A DNA stretch of 64,000 nt, from positions 96,001-160,000 of the forward strand of contig CBDHHL010000056.1 of the NCBI GenBank assembly GCA_965263355.1, written 5' to 3'. Below, piece after piece: positions 62,605 to 64,000 of the stretch. The first letter of the stretch is position 1, and every line of letters begins with the position of its first letter. The notes below the pieces were generated by a model. The model was not told the origin of the DNA. It was given only the letters and a program-made list of their open reading frames with translations, and ran no database searches. This DNA is from Leptolyngbyaceae cyanobacterium. Lineage in GTDB: Bacteria; Cyanobacteriota; Cyanobacteriia; Phormidesmidales; Phormidesmidaceae. Both the position numbers and the translations under genes were made by a program.

Positions 62605-62741
62605 TTAGCTTACATTCTCCGGTTAATTCGATAGGTTGCTAATCGTTGTATTCGCTTTGAGTTTCTCAAAAGACTGGCCATTCTGACGCTGAGGTGCTAC
62701 ATTGCTGCGTGCTTAGTTAGTTTTAGAAACAGTCTCAAGAT

Positions 62742-63098
62742 ATGGCCTTTTTTGAGAATTTCACCACTGCCATCCGCGACAAGTGGTTGAACTATGTGCA
62801 AGATAATCGCGCCTGGTTAGAGCTGCAGATGAGTAACGTCTCCGTTAGAACGCCTGACGGTGGTCGGCGTCCGTCTTCGCTGTTGATTTTAGGCGTGATC
62901 AATGCCATAGAGCCAAAGCTATCAAACTTGATGGTGCCGTTCTACAAGCTCAACTCTGATGAAGATGCACTCGTCGAAGTACTGGGTCTAAATTTTGATC
63001 CTGAAATGGCCTTAGACGGCAAGGGTGACGTTGGCCCTACGCTAGATGCTTCTCCAGATGACGATACTCCACTGTTGGAAGGCTTAGACGGTCTCTAG
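62742..63098 (+). CDS. DUF5331-like protein between chlL and chlN
   Basis: KWL.Y..NR.W, TPDGGRRPSS..ILG, LGLNFDP. Confidence 0.75.
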   Translation: MAFFENFTTAIRDKWLNYVQDNRAWLELQMSNVSVRTPDGGRRPSSLLILGVINAIEPKLSNLMVPFYKLNSDEDALVEVLGLNFDPEMALDGKGDVGPTLDASPDDDTPLLEGLDGL

Positions 63099-63181
63099 TC
63101 GATTCAGCAACCGATCGGATTATGGCTCAGCGAACAATTGCTGGAGAGGTTTTTATGCGCCTTTGTTATGTGCCTAATTAG

Positions 63182-64000
<819 letters not shown>

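Overview
Cyanobacterial chromosomal window (frequent HIP1 GCGATCGC octamers, chlL/chlN, desC, aas; gene style suggests a filamentous Leptolyngbya-like organism, which is inference). Housekeeping flanks (mfd, metG, glcF, desC ... ilvE, aas, chlL-DUF5331-chlN) enclose several accessory blocks. (i) 16.4-24.0 kb: an Lrp-linked organic-nitrogen cluster with a NitT/TauT-type ABC importer, a biuret/guanylurea-hydrolase-like cysteine hydrolase and a cobalt-type nitrile hydratase whose beta subunit is split into two genes. (ii) 24.0-28.0 kb: a Ser/Thr kinase-macrodomain fusion and an IS630. (iii) 28.0-36.1 kb: a partly decayed zinc-homeostasis cluster with two Zur-like boxes, a fourfold ArsR/SmtB operator array and a C-terminally truncated CysRS. 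(iv) 36.1-43.9 kb: an AT-rich integron-cassette-like island (attC sites, sulfotransferases, mazEF-type TA, no intI in the window). (v) 46.7-49.5 kb: a KAS III-heme-oxygenase-like fusion mini-cluster. The strongest finding is an IS110 element inserted inside an attC site. Its upstream non-coding end appears to encode a bridge RNA with one donor-binding loop matching its own end junction and TWO tandem target-binding loops whose guides spell attC R''-spacer-L'' sequences. All calls come from reading the sequence and recalled family motifs; no searches were run.
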